Shown here: positions 43,283 through 55,479 of the stretch, piece by piece
Position numbering within the stretch: the first letter of the stretch is position 1
How the letters are laid out: each line of letters opens with the position of its first letter
Assembly (NCBI GenBank): GCA_963770045.1
Contig: CAVYOD010000029.1
Coordinates: 69,487-133,486, forward strand
Source: Candidatus Aminicenantes bacterium
Lineage (GTDB): Bacteria; Acidobacteriota; Aminicenantia; Aminicenantales; CAVYOD01
Direction of reading: 5' to 3'
DNA length: 64,000 nucleotides
Translations under genes and position numbers: made by a program
The notes under the pieces: generated by a model
Seen by the model: only the letters and a program-made list of their open reading frames with translations
The model's database searches: none
Told to the model about the DNA's origin: nothing

Positions 43283-44715
43283 ACAACCTCTTTGCCTTAG
43301 CGCCGCTGCTGACGATCGTCGTCGGCGCCCTGCTGATCTTGATCTTAGAAGCCTTCCTCCACACCGAGAACAAGAGTTATCTGGGCTTTCTCTCGCTCTT
43401 TTTCTTGATCGCGAGCGGAGCTCTCTGCTTCAATTCGTGGACTGCCGGCTACACCTATTTTAACGGAAACCTCTTTCTGGACAAGTTTTCGCTCGTCCTG
43501 ACGCTCATCCTCATCGTGGCCGTGTGTTTGATCGTCCTCACGAGTTTGAAATACATCTCCCTTCAGGCAGCCAATCATGGCGAATACTATGCCCTGTTGC
43601 TGCTGGCTGTCTCGGGGATGATGGTCATGGTTTCGTCCAACAATCTCCTGGTCATCTTCCTGGGCCTCGAGGTACTTTCGGTTTCGAGCTACGCGTTGGC
43701 CGGGTTGAGAACAGCCGACCAGAAGTCCTCTGAAGCGGCGGTCAAATATTTTCTGCTGGGGAGCTTCGCCTCCGCCTTTTTTGTTTTTGGACTGGCCCTC
43801 CTCTTCGCCGGTGCCCGCTCGGTTGAGATCCCGGCGATCATCGGCTTTTTCAGAACCGAAGCGGGGCTGGACTTGATGGCCATTCTCGGCCTCGGCCTGA
43901 TCGTCGTGAGCTTCGGTTTCAAGGTCGCCTTTGTCCCCTTCCACTTGTGGACGCCGGATGTTTATCAAGGAGCGCCGACTCCGATCACCGCTTTCTTCTC
44001 GGTCGGAACGAAGGCCGTCGGCCTGGCCGTTTTGGTCCGCCTCCTCTATTCTTACTGGAGTGAAGGATTCAAGTCACAGCCGGTCTTCTGGCTTCTCTGG
44101 GCGATGGCCGCCCTGACCATGGTCGTGGGAAACTTGATGGCCCTTCGTCAGACCAATCTGAAGCGCATTCTGGCCTATTCGAGCATTGCCCATGCAGGGT
44201 ACCTGCTGGTTGCGATCCTCGCCCGCGACAGCGCCAGCCTGGTTTTCTACCTGGCGGCCTACCTGTTCATGAACATCGGAGCCTTCGCCGCGATTATGGC
44301 GATGAGCAAAAAGGACACCGAGTATCTGGAACTCGAAGATTATTCAGGGGTGGGCTTTAAATATCCTTGGATCGGGGCCACCTTCGCCATCTTTCTTCTT
44401 TCCCTGGCCGGCTTTCCTCCGACCGGAGGTTTCCTGGCAAAGTTCTTTGTCTTCAGCTCCGCGGTCAGACAGGGCCTTGTCCCCCTGGTGATCATCGCCG
44501 TCCTGGCCAGTCTTGTCTCGGTCTTCTATTACCTGAGAATCGTCGTCTACATGTATATGAGGACTCCATCGCGAGAGATCGACATCAATCTCGAAAATCC
44601 GGCTCTTTATCTTGTCCTTTTCCTCTGCCTCTATGGAGTTCTCCAACTCGGGCTTTTCCCCGGAAATGTCCTCATTTTCATCAAACAAGCGATAGCCTCC
44701 CTGCCAGTGTTTTAG
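43279..44715 (+). CDS. nuoN: NADH-quinone oxidoreductase subunit N
   Basis: [41 protein letters not shown] and [10 protein letters not shown]. Confidence 0.95.
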   Translation: MNNLFALAPLLTIVVGALLILILEAFLHTENKSYLGFLSLFFLIASGALCFNSWTAGYTYFNGNLFLDKFSLVLTLILIVAVCLIVLTSLKYISLQAANHGEYYALLLLAVSGMMVMVSSNNLLVIFLGLEVLSVSSYALAGLRTADQKSSEAAVKYFLLGSFASAFFVFGLALLFAGARSVEIPAIIGFFRTEAGLDLMAILGLGLIVVSFGFKVAFVPFHLWTPDVYQGAPTPITAFFSVGTKAVGLAVLVRLLYSYWSEGFKSQPVFWLLWAMAALTMVVGNLMALRQTNLKRILAYSSIAHAGYLLVAILARDSASLVFYLAAYLFMNIGAFAAIMAMSKKDTEYLELEDYSGVGFKYPWIGATFAIFLLSLAGFPPTGGFLAKFFVFSSAVRQGLVPLVIIAVLASLVSVFYYLRIVVYMYMRTPSREIDINLENPALYLVLFLCLYGVLQLGLFPGNVLIFIKQAIASLPVF

Positions 44716-44816
44716 CGACCAACTTATTTTTCGCCGCAGGCCTCTCCTTCCCTTCAGTCCCCGAACCTTTGTAGAGTGCGATTCTGAATTCTCCGGTTCC
44801 CGGGGGGCCGCGATTG

Positions 44817-47800
44817 CTATTCCTTGACCTCGACCAAGGGCAGGTTGGCCGCTTTGAGCTGGGTATTCAGATTCTTTAGGTCCTCTGACTTGAGCTCGTT
44901 CCAGCGGGCCGTCACCGCAATCAGAGCTTTCCGGGTGTCTGCGACCGCAGCGACAGCCTGAGTCGTCGGAGCGACGTCGGCGCCCTGGAGCATACCCATC
45001 AGCATGCTGAGCAATCCGTTGATACCGGTCAGCGTGTCCCGCCCGTCTCCGCGTGCGCCAAAGCCCCCTCCCATTCCCATACCAGCGCCGCCTTCGAGCG
45101 CCTCGGCCTTCTTGTCGAAAGCCAGGAGCGCTTGCAAAGCAGTATTTTGCCCGGCGCTCTCCTGAATCGTTTTCAGCTTGAGAGCGAAGCCCGCGGAGTT
45201 GGCGCAACGCCGAGTACGTATCAACAACGCCATCATACAACTGCTTCGACAGACGGAACTGCTCGTTCAGCCCGGCCAACGACGTCTTAACACGCGGGTC
45301 CATTTTCACGGTCAATGGCTGGGAATAACTCCTACCGTTTGCCGTGAGCTTCACCGTGTATTGCCCGGGCATGACCCAGGGGGAGGTTGGCGCAGGAGCG
45401 GTATTCCGATAGATCGCCGTCATTGGGTAGGAGACTCTCGCTCCTGGCGCGCGGAGGATAGTGCATGTCCCACAGGAAACGGTGTGCCCCCGAGGCGGGT
45501 GACAGAACTTGCGGGGGACGTACCCAGTATGTCGGGATGCTCAGGTTGGGATCGATCGGGACGACCGGGTCCGCAGCTCGAGTATCGACGCACGAGGTTG
45601 CCGGCGCTGTCCAAGATCTCCAGCGATTACAGGTCCCGCGGAATCCGATTTCAGGGCGTAGTCGATGATGGCGCCATCCGGCGGATTCTCCCCGCCTGGC
45701 TCGTCGGGCGGCAACGGCGTATCGGTGTTCATGTTCCAGCGGACACGATATGAGACCTGTGGTCTGAAAAGGAAGGCGTCGGACGCGGCGCTGTCCGCAT
45801 TGAGCTGACGGAGGCGTGAAATATCGTCAAGGATCCAAAACCCGCGTCCGTGCGTCGCGACCACCAGGTCGTCGTCCTTGATCACCAGGTCCCGCATCGA
45901 AGTCGCCGGCATGTTGATTCTCAAGGACTGCCAGTTGTTGCCATCATCGAACGAGACACAGATCTCTCGCTCCGTGCCTGCGAACAACAGGCCTTTTCGT
46001 TTGGGGTCCTCGCGGACGACATTGACCGGCGCTCCGTCTGGAATCCCGGCGGTGATCTGGCTCCAGGTTTTGCCGCCGTCGTGCGTCCGGAAGATGTGCG
46101 CGTGCATGTCATCTAGGCGAATGGTGTTGACAGCCGCGTAGGCAGTTTGGACGTCAAAGTGACCGGCGTCCATGAGAGAAACTTTGGCCCAGGGAGTGAG
46201 TTGGGGAGGCGTGACGTCGCTCCAGTGAAGCCCTCCATCAACCGTGACATGGATAAGGCCATCGTCGGTTCCGACCCAAATACGGTTGATGTCCAGGGGC
46301 GAGGGAGCTACAGTGTAAATGACTCCCCTCTGAGTCGGCTTGGCGGTTTCTGCGGCCTGGTATTTGCCGACGTTCGCGGGTATCTCCCAGGTCTTCCGGG
46401 TCAGATCAGGGCTGATCTGCTGCCAACTCTGTCCTCCGTTCGCGGTCTTCCACAATGAGTTCGCCGCGAAATAAAGAATGTGCGGATCAATGGGTGAGAA
46501 GATGACCGGCTGGGTGCGTATAGTCCTGAAGTCTGCCGATCGGAGCGGTTTCGGTCCCACGTTCTGAACCTGGCCCGTCCGGCGGTCATAGCGCGTTACC
46601 GCTCTCCCCCCGTAGATTATGTCCGGGTCGAGGGGGTCTGGCGCAGCGTAACCGTATTCGTCGACACCGACCGGCTGCCACTCCCGGAAGGTGATCTGCC
46701 CATCGTTGCCGCGGCTCGAGACCCCGGCCGAACCGCTCTCTTGTTGTCCACTGTAAACGCGGTAGGGAAAGCTGTTATCAGCCGCGACGTGATAGAGCTG
46801 TGCGGTCGGTTGGTTGTACCACGAGCTCCAGGTCTGGCCGCCGTTGACGGTGACGATGGCGCCCTGGTCGCTCGTGAGAATCATGATGTCGGGTTCGTTC
46901 GGGTTGATCCAGATGTTCTGGTAATCGTCCCCGCCGGGCGCGCCCCGGATCCCCGTCCAGGTTTTCCCGCCGTCCTCCGATTTCCAGGTCACGACACTCG
47001 TGCTGAAGACGATGTCCGGATTTTTCGGGTGGACGGCCAGCCTGGGGAGATCCCCTCCGCCGATGCGGGCCGCGGGACGAGGGTCGGTCGTGATTCGAGA
47101 CCAGCTCTCTCCGGCATCGTCCGAGCGGTAAATGCCCGTCCCACGGGCCGTGGCGACCGCCGCATAAATGCGAAGCGGGCTGCTCGGGGAGACCGCGAGA
47201 TTGGCTTGAACGACGCCGTCTGCGCCCGCAGGCAGGCCTTTCGTGAGCGGCTGCCAGGTCGTCCCTCCGTCGGTTGATTTGTAGATCCCGCCTCCAGTCC
47301 CGCTCCACTCGGCGTTTTCCCAGGGCCCTTCCCTCGCCTCCCAGAGAGCCGCGTAAACGATCTCCGGATTCCCGGGATCGAAGGCCAGCTCGGATCCGCC
47401 GGTGTTCTCGTCTTTGTAGAGGACTTTTTGGAACGTCTGGCCGCCGTCTGTCGAGCGAAAGATGCCCCGTTCCTCGTTCGGTCCATAGGGATGCCCGAGA
47501 ACAGCCACGAACAGACGGTCCGGTTTGACCGGGTCGACGATGATCTGGGGGATCTGTTGCCCGTCGCGCAGGCCGAGGTGGGTCCAGCTGTTTCCGGAAT
47601 CGGTCGACTTATAGATTCCATCACCGGTCGAGAGGTCGGGACGCTGCAGGCCCTCGCCGCTTCCGACATAGATCACGTTCGGGTCCGAAGGCGCGACGGC
47701 GATGGCCCCGATCGACCCGCTGGATTCGCGGTCAAATATGGGGTTCCAGGTCCGGCCGGCGTCGGTTGTTTTCCAGACGCCCCCGTTGCAGACGCCGATA

Positions 47801-47991
47801 TAGAAAACATGGGGCCGGGAAGGAACGCCGGCCACGGCTCTGGTCCGGCCGCCTCGAAAAGGCCCGATGCTGCGCCAGTGCATTCCAGCGAAAAACTTGG
47901 CGTCGTACGATTGGGCATAGGATGTCGGTACTGCTGCGAGCAAAGTCACCACCGTTGTCAAGAGTGCAATAAGCTTGGGTTGTCGTTTCAT
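44817..47991 (-). CDS. Large secreted BNR/VPS10 beta-propeller protein, putative glycoside hydrolase (several frameshifts at 45150-45650)
   Basis: Signal peptide, WRSIGPFRGGR, many Asp boxes, ATHGRGFWILDDI; C-terminal PGQYTVKLT..V..DPR module in shifted frames. Confidence 0.82.
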
Positions 47992-48069
47992 GGCTGATTC
48001 TCCTGATGAGTGAATGTATCCTGAGCCGAGGATGTCTGTCAACACTGTCGACGACTGGGCGTGATTGAA

Positions 48070-48975
48070 CTATTGGTCCGGAGGCGAGGATTTTTCGGTC
48101 AAGAGGATGGAAGCAAAGACGCTCAGGCTGAACGGGAGCTCCAAGAGTTTCGCGTGTTGGTCGGCCATGACAAAGGCGGCGTCGATCTTGTAGTCGAGCC
48201 GGTACTCGCTAAAGTACCCTTCTTCCACCTGGAAATTGAGTATGCCGGACCCAATCCCCTTCCCTCGAAAAGATCCTGTTGCCGTCCCGAGGGGCTTCGA
48301 ACCGCCGAGTTCGACCGAATATTCGGCAGAAATCCTGGCCAACTTGCCGGTTCCGGTCATTTGGACTTCGAGGAGTGTGGACCTACTATGGAGAGAGATC
48401 ACCAGATCCATTCCCTGGAAAGGGATGACGATCCTCTTGTGATCATCCCAGGTGCCGCCCGCAGAGACCGGCCTCCCGGGAAGGAGCGGAAAATAATCCC
48501 GAAGGATCTGGACAATTGAAAAGTTCATGACGGCGGGCGTGTTGAGAGCCTCGATATTCTTCGCCTCCTCAAGATTTCCTCGGTGGTCAAAAACGGTTTG
48601 AAGAGAGACCCCTCTTCTCGTCATGAGCACAAAATGGCTCGGGCCGGAAGGAGTCTGCAGGTCAACCTGGATGCCAGGGCTGGCTAAAGCCGCAAAAACC
48701 CTCTCGGGAGTTGTCTGCCTGATCAAGAATTCAATATCACCCGAGGCCAGCGCGTCGAAAGAGAGATCCTGGCCTGCAAAGTTGCCTCCCTTTGCGGTGA
48801 CATTGCTGGCGAGATGATAGGTGAGCCTTAGGCCCGGACGCGGTGAAAAAGAGATCTTCTCCGGGGCCGCCAAACCCGGCAGGGCGGTCCCATGTGCCCC
48901 AAGAAAAAGCAAAATAGCAAACAGGATGGAGAGAGGACTCTTTCGGTCCTGAGCGTTCAGGTTCCTGTCGAGCAC
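48070..48975 (-). CDS. Hypothetical exported beta-rich protein
   Basis: 301-aa ORF with signal-like N-terminus, LPGRPVSAGGTW motif and upstream promoter. Confidence 0.6.
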   Translation of the reverse strand: MLDRNLNAQDRKSPLSILFAILLFLGAHGTALPGLAAPEKISFSPRPGLRLTYHLASNVTAKGGNFAGQDLSFDALASGDIEFLIRQTTPERVFAALASPGIQVDLQTPSGPSHFVLMTRRGVSLQTVFDHRGNLEEAKNIEALNTPAVMNFSIVQILRDYFPLLPGRPVSAGGTWDDHKRIVIPFQGMDLVISLHSRSTLLEVQMTGTGKLARISAEYSVELGGSKPLGTATGSFRGKGIGSGILNFQVEEGYFSEYRLDYKIDAAFVMADQHAKLLELPFSLSVFASILLTEKSSPPDQ

Positions 48976-49042
48976 AGATCAATTATAATCAATCTTCCTC
49001 TGCGGCGTCCATCTCTGTCCTTCTGTTTGGGCTAAATCCGGG

Positions 49043-49639
49043 CTACATTTTCCGGGAATACATGATTTCCATGGACTTGAATTCTTTGCCGTCCGGTTCC
49101 GTCCTGAACATCTCATACTTGAATTTGCCGTCCATGTGAGTCGTCACGATTTTGACCTTATTTATCGCTCCGGCCATGGGGTCCGGCCACATGCCGGTCT
49201 CGGTCAAGACCTTTCCCGACGCATCGAGGGTTCCGCTGCTCAAGTAGAAATTGGTGCTCATGTTGTCAATCCAGAACCCGACATATTTTTTCTGGAAGAG
49301 GTCATAGCCGATAATCTGCATCCCTTTGAAAGGCTGGGCCATCATCATGCCGTCGAAGTTGCCCTTGAAAAAGCGACCATCGAAGAAAAGCTCGCCCTTC
49401 ATTGTGCCCTTGCTCATCGTGGGCTCGTCCCCAGGCTTCATCCAGGACTTGACCTCAACATCCCAGTCTCCGACGTAGTTCTTGAGGAAGTCGTGCTCCT
49501 TGGTGGGCATTGCGTACTTCATCATCTGGGCCATCATATCCTGCTCGGACATCTGCTTCTTTTGCTGGGGCAAAGCCATGAGAGTGCTGATAAAAGCAGC
49601 GACGAGTAAGATAGTCAAGAAAATCCTTCTAGATTCCAT
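49043..49639 (-). CDS. DUF1579-like exported protein
   Basis: Signal peptide, P..EH..L...VG.W, FKG..IIGYD..KKY...WIDNMST; AGGAG RBS. Confidence 0.75.
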   Translation of the reverse strand: MESRRIFLTILLVAAFISTLMALPQQKKQMSEQDMMAQMMKYAMPTKEHDFLKNYVGDWDVEVKSWMKPGDEPTMSKGTMKGELFFDGRFFKGNFDGMMMAQPFKGMQIIGYDLFQKKYVGFWIDNMSTNFYLSSGTLDASGKVLTETGMWPDPMAGAINKVKIVTTHMDGKFKYEMFRTEPDGKEFKSMEIMYSRKM

Positions 49640-49776
49640 CTTCTTCTCCTAATGAGATAATATGTAGCGACTCTTTTATGCTAGCAAAAAGGTTGGGACC
49701 TGTAAAGGGTCATCACTGTAATCGAGAGAACCTCAGCGATTCATCCTTGTTGAATGATCGGCCGTCAGTCCACCGA

Positions 49777-50563
49777 TCAGGCAGATGCGCCGGAGTAACG
49801 GCGGATTCCCGCCCGCCAGAAGCGGCGCGAGATGGTGAACAAGGCCGCGGCGAGGGCCCATGCCCCGAGCAGAATCTGCCAACTGAGCCGGCCCGCCAGC
49901 GCCTGAGCGGGCACGGTCACGGCGAAAGCCACCGGCACGAGGAAGGTGAGCGAGAAGCGCAGCCACCGTGGATAAATGCTGACCGGCCATCGGCCAGCCT
50001 CGTACATGCTCTGGAAAATCACCAGGATGTTCTCGACCCGGACGAACCAGAAACAGAGCGTCGCCAGGATCAGCCAGAAGCTGTAGACGATAACGACACC
50101 GGCGAGGAACGCGATTCCGAACCCCGCAGCCTGCCAGAGAGATCAGCCGGGTTCCCAGCCGGACGAGCGCAACCGCAAGGACGCCCACTCCAAGGGCGAT
50201 GTCGGTGAGCTTCCAGATCTCTACCCTCTGTATGCTGACCAAAAACTGGGCGTCCTCGGGCTTCGTGAGTGTGAAGTCAAGGGTGCCTTCACGCACGGAC
50301 TCGATGAGACCCTCCATGCTCGGCTGGACGAGGAGGCGGATCGTTCCGCCGACCAGGAAAAAGACACCCACCAGCGCGACCACCTCATCCGGCCGCCAGC
50401 CGCCCAAGTTGTCGGTGTGAGAGAAAATCACGGCCAGACCGGCCAAAGCGGCGCCCAGGTCCAGGAGTGATTCAAAAAGCTGCAGGAAAAAGTTCGAGCG
50501 GTAGGCCAGCTCGCTCAAAACGCTGGTGCGGAAGAAGACAAAAAGCAGGCGGACGTACCTCAT
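49777..50563 (-). CDS. ABC-2 family permease (frameshift ~50140)
   Basis: ELAYRSNF, LGGW, GTLDFTLTKP.DAQF, RWPVSIYP and TFLVPVAF. Confidence 0.85.
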
Positions 50564-51363
50564 CCTCCCACCGCCGAATAGACCTTTACTCCGGCACGCC
50601 AAATTCCCCGCAGCAGGATGAGGCTGGCAGCAAGCCAGACTGTTTGCGCGGCTAGGCCTGTCAAGGCCTGTGCCGGCGTCAGCCGCCCGAGCAGGAGCTC
50701 GACCGGGAAGGCGATCATCCAGCGAAAAGGCAGGATTGCCGCCACGACCTGGATGATGTGCGGAAAAAGGGAGAGCGGAGCAACTTGCCCGGACAGGAAT
50801 AACGCGGCGACATAATATCCTTGATTCACAGCGCTTACCCGGGTCGTCCAGAATGCGGCCAGGGCCAGCGTCCACTCGATCAAAAAGCGCAACATAAACG
50901 CCAGCAGCAGCGACGGAACAAACGCCGCGATGGCCCACGGGACGGCATGGAATGCGGGACGAAATACGACCGCCAAGATCACCGCCGCAACAAGCATCAT
51001 AGGAAGAGTGATCAGCTTGGATGAAACGTTGTCGACGATGTCCGTGTGGATCGGGTGCAGGGGCCGAAGCAGTGCAAAAGAAAGCAAGCCCTCACGGATG
51101 CGGTATTCGAACTCGTAGATAATCCAGGTGTAGGTGAAGTGGTTGACGAGCATCATGGCGATAAAGTACGCCGCAAAATCGGCCGCGGTGAATCCACCCA
51201 CACTCCCTCCCGTGGACTGGGAGACCACCGACCATACGACCAGGAAAATGAGCGGCTCCAGCACGTGGCCGATCATCCAGATGAATATCGCCGCCCGGTA
51301 TTGGACAAAAGACGCGAGAGTGGTCTTGAACTGCTGGGCGTAGATTTCGACCAGGCCCTTCAC
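50560..51363 (-). CDS. ABC-2 family permease
   Basis: QYRA, IREGLLS..LLRP, LSGQVAPL.LFP, LPFRW...FPVE; GTGA/ATGA overlaps with neighbours. Confidence 0.85.
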   Translation of the reverse strand: MKGLVEIYAQQFKTTLASFVQYRAAIFIWMIGHVLEPLIFLVVWSVVSQSTGGSVGGFTAADFAAYFIAMMLVNHFTYTWIIYEFEYRIREGLLSFALLRPLHPIHTDIVDNVSSKLITLPMMLVAAVILAVVFRPAFHAVPWAIAAFVPSLLLAFMLRFLIEWTLALAAFWTTRVSAVNQGYYVAALFLSGQVAPLSLFPHIIQVVAAILPFRWMIAFPVELLLGRLTPAQALTGLAAQTVWLAASLILLRGIWRAGVKVYSAVGG

Positions 51364-52373
51364 AGGACCTCCTGGGCAAAGACCCGCTCGATCACCTCCT
51401 CGATGGGCGGGTCTTCCACCGTGAGATCGATCACGGCCAGGTCTGCGAGGAGGCGCTCCGTGACCCGGGCCGTCTCCGCCTTGGGAACGCGGAGCGTGGC
51501 GCGGCCGTCCGCACAAGAGACTACCTCGCCATAGGCGTGAAGGTCGGCCTGGCAGTCCCGCAGTTGGACGACGATCGTCTTGTGCGCGCTGAAACTCCGC
51601 ACCAGGTCGGCAAGCTCGCCGTCGAAGAGGAGCTTCCCGTGGTGGATGACGATGACTCGCCGGCACAACGCCTCAACGTCCGCCATGTAATGGCTGGTCA
51701 GGAGAACAGTTGCCCCGAATCGCCGGTTGTACTCGCCTATGAAGGAGCGGATTCGCCGCTGCATCGTCACGTCCAGTCCGATGGTCGGCTCGTCCAAGAA
51801 GACAACCCGAGGGCGGTGCAGGAGCGCCGCCGCGATCTCGCATTTCATCCTCTCCCCCAGGGAGAGGTTGCGCACCGGCTTCCGGAGCAAGGGGCCCAGC
51901 TCGAGCAGCTCGGTGAGCTCTTCAACTGTCTGGCGATAATCGGCGGCCGGAATCCTGTAGATCGCGCGATTGAGCTCGAATGAATCGGCCGCAGGGATAT
52001 CCCAGACGAGCTGGTTGCGCTGTCCCATGACCAGAGTGATTTGCCGCAGAAAGCTCTTCTCCCGCCTCCAGGGCACATAGTCAAGCACGGTGAGATCCCC
52101 CGCCGTTGGATGCAGGAGCCCGGAAAGCATCTTGAGGGTTGTCGTCTTGCCCGCGCCGTTGGGCCCCAGGAAGCCTACGATCTCGCCGGGAGCCAGATCG
52201 AAAGAGATGCCGTCCACGGCGCGGATTTCCTTCTTGCGCCGACGCAGAAGGCTCCGCAGCGCAGCCCGCACGCCGGATTCTCGCTCGGTGACGACGTAGG
52301 TCTTGCGGAGGTCCCGGATTCGGATAGCCAACGGAGGCGCCGTGGGCTGCATATCCCCAGGTTGTGTTGCCAT
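51360..52373 (-). CDS. ABC transporter ATP-binding protein
   Basis: GPNGAGKTT, LSLGERMK, FLDEPTIGLD and LTSH. Confidence 0.93.
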   Translation of the reverse strand: MATQPGDMQPTAPPLAIRIRDLRKTYVVTERESGVRAALRSLLRRRKKEIRAVDGISFDLAPGEIVGFLGPNGAGKTTTLKMLSGLLHPTAGDLTVLDYVPWRREKSFLRQITLVMGQRNQLVWDIPAADSFELNRAIYRIPAADYRQTVEELTELLELGPLLRKPVRNLSLGERMKCEIAAALLHRPRVVFLDEPTIGLDVTMQRRIRSFIGEYNRRFGATVLLTSHYMADVEALCRRVIVIHHGKLLFDGELADLVRSFSAHKTIVVQLRDCQADLHAYGEVVSCADGRATLRVPKAETARVTERLLADLAVIDLTVEDPPIEEVIERVFAQEVL

Positions 52374-52432
52374 GGTCCTAAGAATTCACCTCGATGATTT
52401 CAGGCTATAGATGTCCCTCCGGCAGAACTTAT

Positions 52433-53602
52433 TTAAAGCTCTCGAAGCGCCGCGGCGACCGGCCGGCGGGAGGCGCGGATGGCCGGAGGAAGCCCGCCCA
52501 CGAGACCCATCAAGAGTGAGAACACGATTCCCTGCGCGAGCAACAATGGCGTAATCCGAAATGCGAACGCCAGATGGGAGAACGTCTGCCAGTTCATGGT
52601 TCCGGTTGTAAAGCCGTTCATCGGGAGCACCGCCAGACAACCTAGGACACCGCCGGCCAGGGCAATGAAGAGTGATTCCACTACGAAGGAGAAGACGACC
52701 GTCCCGCCGCCGAATCCAAGCGCCCGCAGCGTGGCGATCTCCCGGGACCTCTCCGCGACGGCAGAGTACATGGTGTTGAGGCCGCCGAACACCGCGCCGA
52801 TGCCCATCACGGCAGCGACCAGGAAGCCCAAAATGTGGATCAGCATGGTGAGCGCCCGGGACTGCTTCTCGTAATATTCCGTTTCGCGGTCCACCTGCAC
52901 GGAAAGCCGAGGGTCAGACGTGAGCGAATCTTTGAACCCCGTCAGGGCTGAGGCCGAGTCGAGACGCGCCGTGATCGATTGGAAAATGTTTGTCGGCCTC
53001 TTGTACGTCTCGCTGAGGACGTTGGCGTCGCACCAGACCTCGGAATCAAAAGCGCTCCCGCCGGCGTCGAAAATCCCGACCACCTTCCAGGCCCCGCCGC
53101 CAAAACGCACGGTGCTCCCGAGGGAGAGGCCGCTGTAAGATTTCACGGCGTTGCGCCCCACGACGAGCTCGCCGAGCCCCGACTGGAAGAATCGGCCGGC
53201 TGTGACGCGCACGTTATCACGCACCTCCAGCACCCGGGGAGAGACTCCCCGCACCTGGACGTTGGCCATGGTCCCCGTCCTGGCGAGCGGAAAGGCCGCG
53301 ATCACCACGACTTCCCCTGAAACAAGCGGTCCGTGAGCATCCCGGGCGACCCCCGGCGCGTCTTCAACCACGCGAAGCTGATCCAGGGTCACCGCGCTCA
53401 CCATCTCTGAGTCCGCGCCGGCCCGCCGGACAATCGCGTTGCGCGGCGAGCCGGAGGCCACCAGAGTGGCCCGAAATCCGTTCGCCATGGCCAGCACGGC
53501 AACAAACACACCCACGGTGCCGGCGATGCCGAGGACAGCCACGATCGCGGAGGTCCAGCGTTTCAAGACGCTCCGCACGTTGTAGGCGAGCGGGATGGCC
53601 AT
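52433..53602 (-). CDS. MacB/FtsX-like ABC permease
   Basis: NTMYSAVAERSREIATLRALGF; 4-TM layout with a periplasmic domain. Confidence 0.88.
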   Translation of the reverse strand: MAIPLAYNVRSVLKRWTSAIVAVLGIAGTVGVFVAVLAMANGFRATLVASGSPRNAIVRRAGADSEMVSAVTLDQLRVVEDAPGVARDAHGPLVSGEVVVIAAFPLARTGTMANVQVRGVSPRVLEVRDNVRVTAGRFFQSGLGELVVGRNAVKSYSGLSLGSTVRFGGGAWKVVGIFDAGGSAFDSEVWCDANVLSETYKRPTNIFQSITARLDSASALTGFKDSLTSDPRLSVQVDRETEYYEKQSRALTMLIHILGFLVAAVMGIGAVFGGLNTMYSAVAERSREIATLRALGFGGGTVVFSFVVESLFIALAGGVLGCLAVLPMNGFTTGTMNWQTFSHLAFAFRITPLLLAQGIVFSLLMGLVGGLPPAIRASRRPVAAALREL

Positions 53603-53603
53603 T

Positions 53604-54743
53604 TCACACCCTCCTCAGCGCGTCCGCGACCCGAAGCCTCATGGCGCCGATCGCCGGCAGCAGTCCGGCGATGGCCCCCACGCCGAGGGCCAGCAAAAAG
53701 CCCAGGCCCAAAGTGAACAGCGGGAGGCGGAGCCCTGCCAGCATGGGGACGGCGCGCCCGATCCCGGGGATCACGATTCTGGCGAGGGCCAGTCCGATGA
53801 ACCCCCCTTGTCCGGCGATGAGGACCGACTCGGCAATGATGAGCCCGAGCACTCCGACATCAGAGTAGCCGATCGTCTTCAGCACGGCCAGCTCGCCGGT
53901 CCGCTCGCGCACCGCGATCGCCATGGTGTTCCCGGTGACCAGCAGGAGCGTGAAGAAAACCACGGATCCGATGGCCAGGACCAGGAACTCGACGTTCCCG
54001 ATCTGCTTGGCGAAGGAAGCGGCAAACGCCTTCTCCGTCTGGGTGAGCGTCTCATAGGGCGAATTCGCAAACCGCTCGTCGATCGTCTTGGCGACCCTGA
54101 CTGCGTCATCCGGGTTGGCGAGCTTCACGACATACCAGCCGACAGTGCCCTTGCCAAACGCCCGTTGCTCGTCCAGGTAGTCAAAGCGGAACAAGAGAGC
54201 GGACGTGTCCACGTCCGGGCGGTTGCCGTCATAAATCCCGGCGACATTGAACTCCCATGTTCCCGTCCAGATCGTGCCCCGGAGAGGGATTCTGTCGCCG
54301 ACCTTGAAGCCGAAGCGCTTGGCCAGGCTGCGGCCGACCAGGCAGGCCTGACGGTCGCGCAGGAAGGCGTCTCGCTGCTCGGCAGGGATGACGTACTCCG
54401 AATATACCTTGAGCCAGGTGTCCTTATCCACCGCGAACTGAGGGAAGAAGTTGCGCTCGTCCTGGTAGACGCCCCCGAACCACGCGGCGTACGATACTTC
54501 CGAGACGCCCGGCACCTGGAGGAGCCGGTCGCGGTAGGAGTATGGAAGCGGCATGATCAGGGAGATTCTGTTGATCACGTCGAGGCGATCCACGCCCGCC
54601 AGGTCGCTCCCGAAGCTGAAGGCGAAGCGAATCGCAACCAGAAGCCCGAAAAGGAAAAGGGCCACGACAAATGAGCCGATTGTCAACGTTGTGCGCACCT
54701 TTTTGCGCTGGAGGTTGGCCCAGACAAGCCGGAAAAACTTCAT
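53604..54743 (-). CDS. MacB/FtsX-like ABC permease
   Basis: GNTMAIAVRERTGELAVLKTIG and WFGGVY. Confidence 0.88.
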   Translation of the reverse strand: MKFFRLVWANLQRKKVRTTLTIGSFVVALFLFGLLVAIRFAFSFGSDLAGVDRLDVINRISLIMPLPYSYRDRLLQVPGVSEVSYAAWFGGVYQDERNFFPQFAVDKDTWLKVYSEYVIPAEQRDAFLRDRQACLVGRSLAKRFGFKVGDRIPLRGTIWTGTWEFNVAGIYDGNRPDVDTSALLFRFDYLDEQRAFGKGTVGWYVVKLANPDDAVRVAKTIDERFANSPYETLTQTEKAFAASFAKQIGNVEFLVLAIGSVVFFTLLLVTGNTMAIAVRERTGELAVLKTIGYSDVGVLGLIIAESVLIAGQGGFIGLALARIVIPGIGRAVPMLAGLRLPLFTLGLGFLLALGVGAIAGLLPAIGAMRLRVADALRRV

Positions 54744-55465
54744 GGGTTGCTCCCGTTTGTGGGGGCTTCGACCAGCACGCCCTTGTCCAAGTGGAGTGAC
54801 ACCTGGGCGCGGCCGGCGGCACGCGGATCATGGGTGACCATGAGGACGGTCTTGCCGTACTCGTGAACCAGCCGCCCAATGAGGTCCATGATCTCCTCGG
54901 CGCTCTTCCGGTCCAGGTCGCCGGTCGGTTCGTCACAAAGCAGGAACGTTGGATCGGCGACGATCGCGCGGGCGATCGCCACCCTCTGTTCTTCGCCGCC
55001 GGAGAGCTGGCGCGGGTAATGATCCATGCGGTCGGAGAGTCCCACGACCCCGAGCGCGGTTTCTACGTGTTCGCGCCTCTGGGCTTTTGAGAGCTTGGTG
55101 AGAAGGAGGGGCAGCTCCACATTCCGGAAGGCGGTCAGCACGGGGATCAGGTTATACATCTGGAAGACGAAACCCACGTGGCGCGCACGCCAGGCCGTGA
55201 GCTTCCTGGCCGACATATGCGTGATCTCGTCGCCCGCCACCGTGATGCTGCCGGAGGTGGGAAGATCGAGCCCGCCGATGAGGTTTAGGAGTGTCGTCTT
55301 CCCCGAGCCGCTGGGGCCCATGAAAGCGACGAAATCGCCCTTGTCCACGTCCAGGTTCAAGCCCTGGAGGACATGGATCTCCTCGCTGCCGCGGAGGTAC
55401 TTCTTATCCAATTTGCGGACCTGGACGAGGCTCGTCCCATTGCCTTTGCCGTCAACCCTCACCAT
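54740..55465 (-). CDS. ABC ATP-binding protein (LolD/MacB type)
   Basis: [31 protein letters not shown] and VTHD. Confidence 0.93.
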   Translation of the reverse strand: MVRVDGKGNGTSLVQVRKLDKKYLRGSEEIHVLQGLNLDVDKGDFVAFMGPSGSGKTTLLNLIGGLDLPTSGSITVAGDEITHMSARKLTAWRARHVGFVFQMYNLIPVLTAFRNVELPLLLTKLSKAQRREHVETALGVVGLSDRMDHYPRQLSGGEEQRVAIARAIVADPTFLLCDEPTGDLDRKSAEEIMDLIGRLVHEYGKTVLMVTHDPRAAGRAQVSLHLDKGVLVEAPTNGSNP

Positions 55466-55479
55466 GCTGTTCTCCTCGT

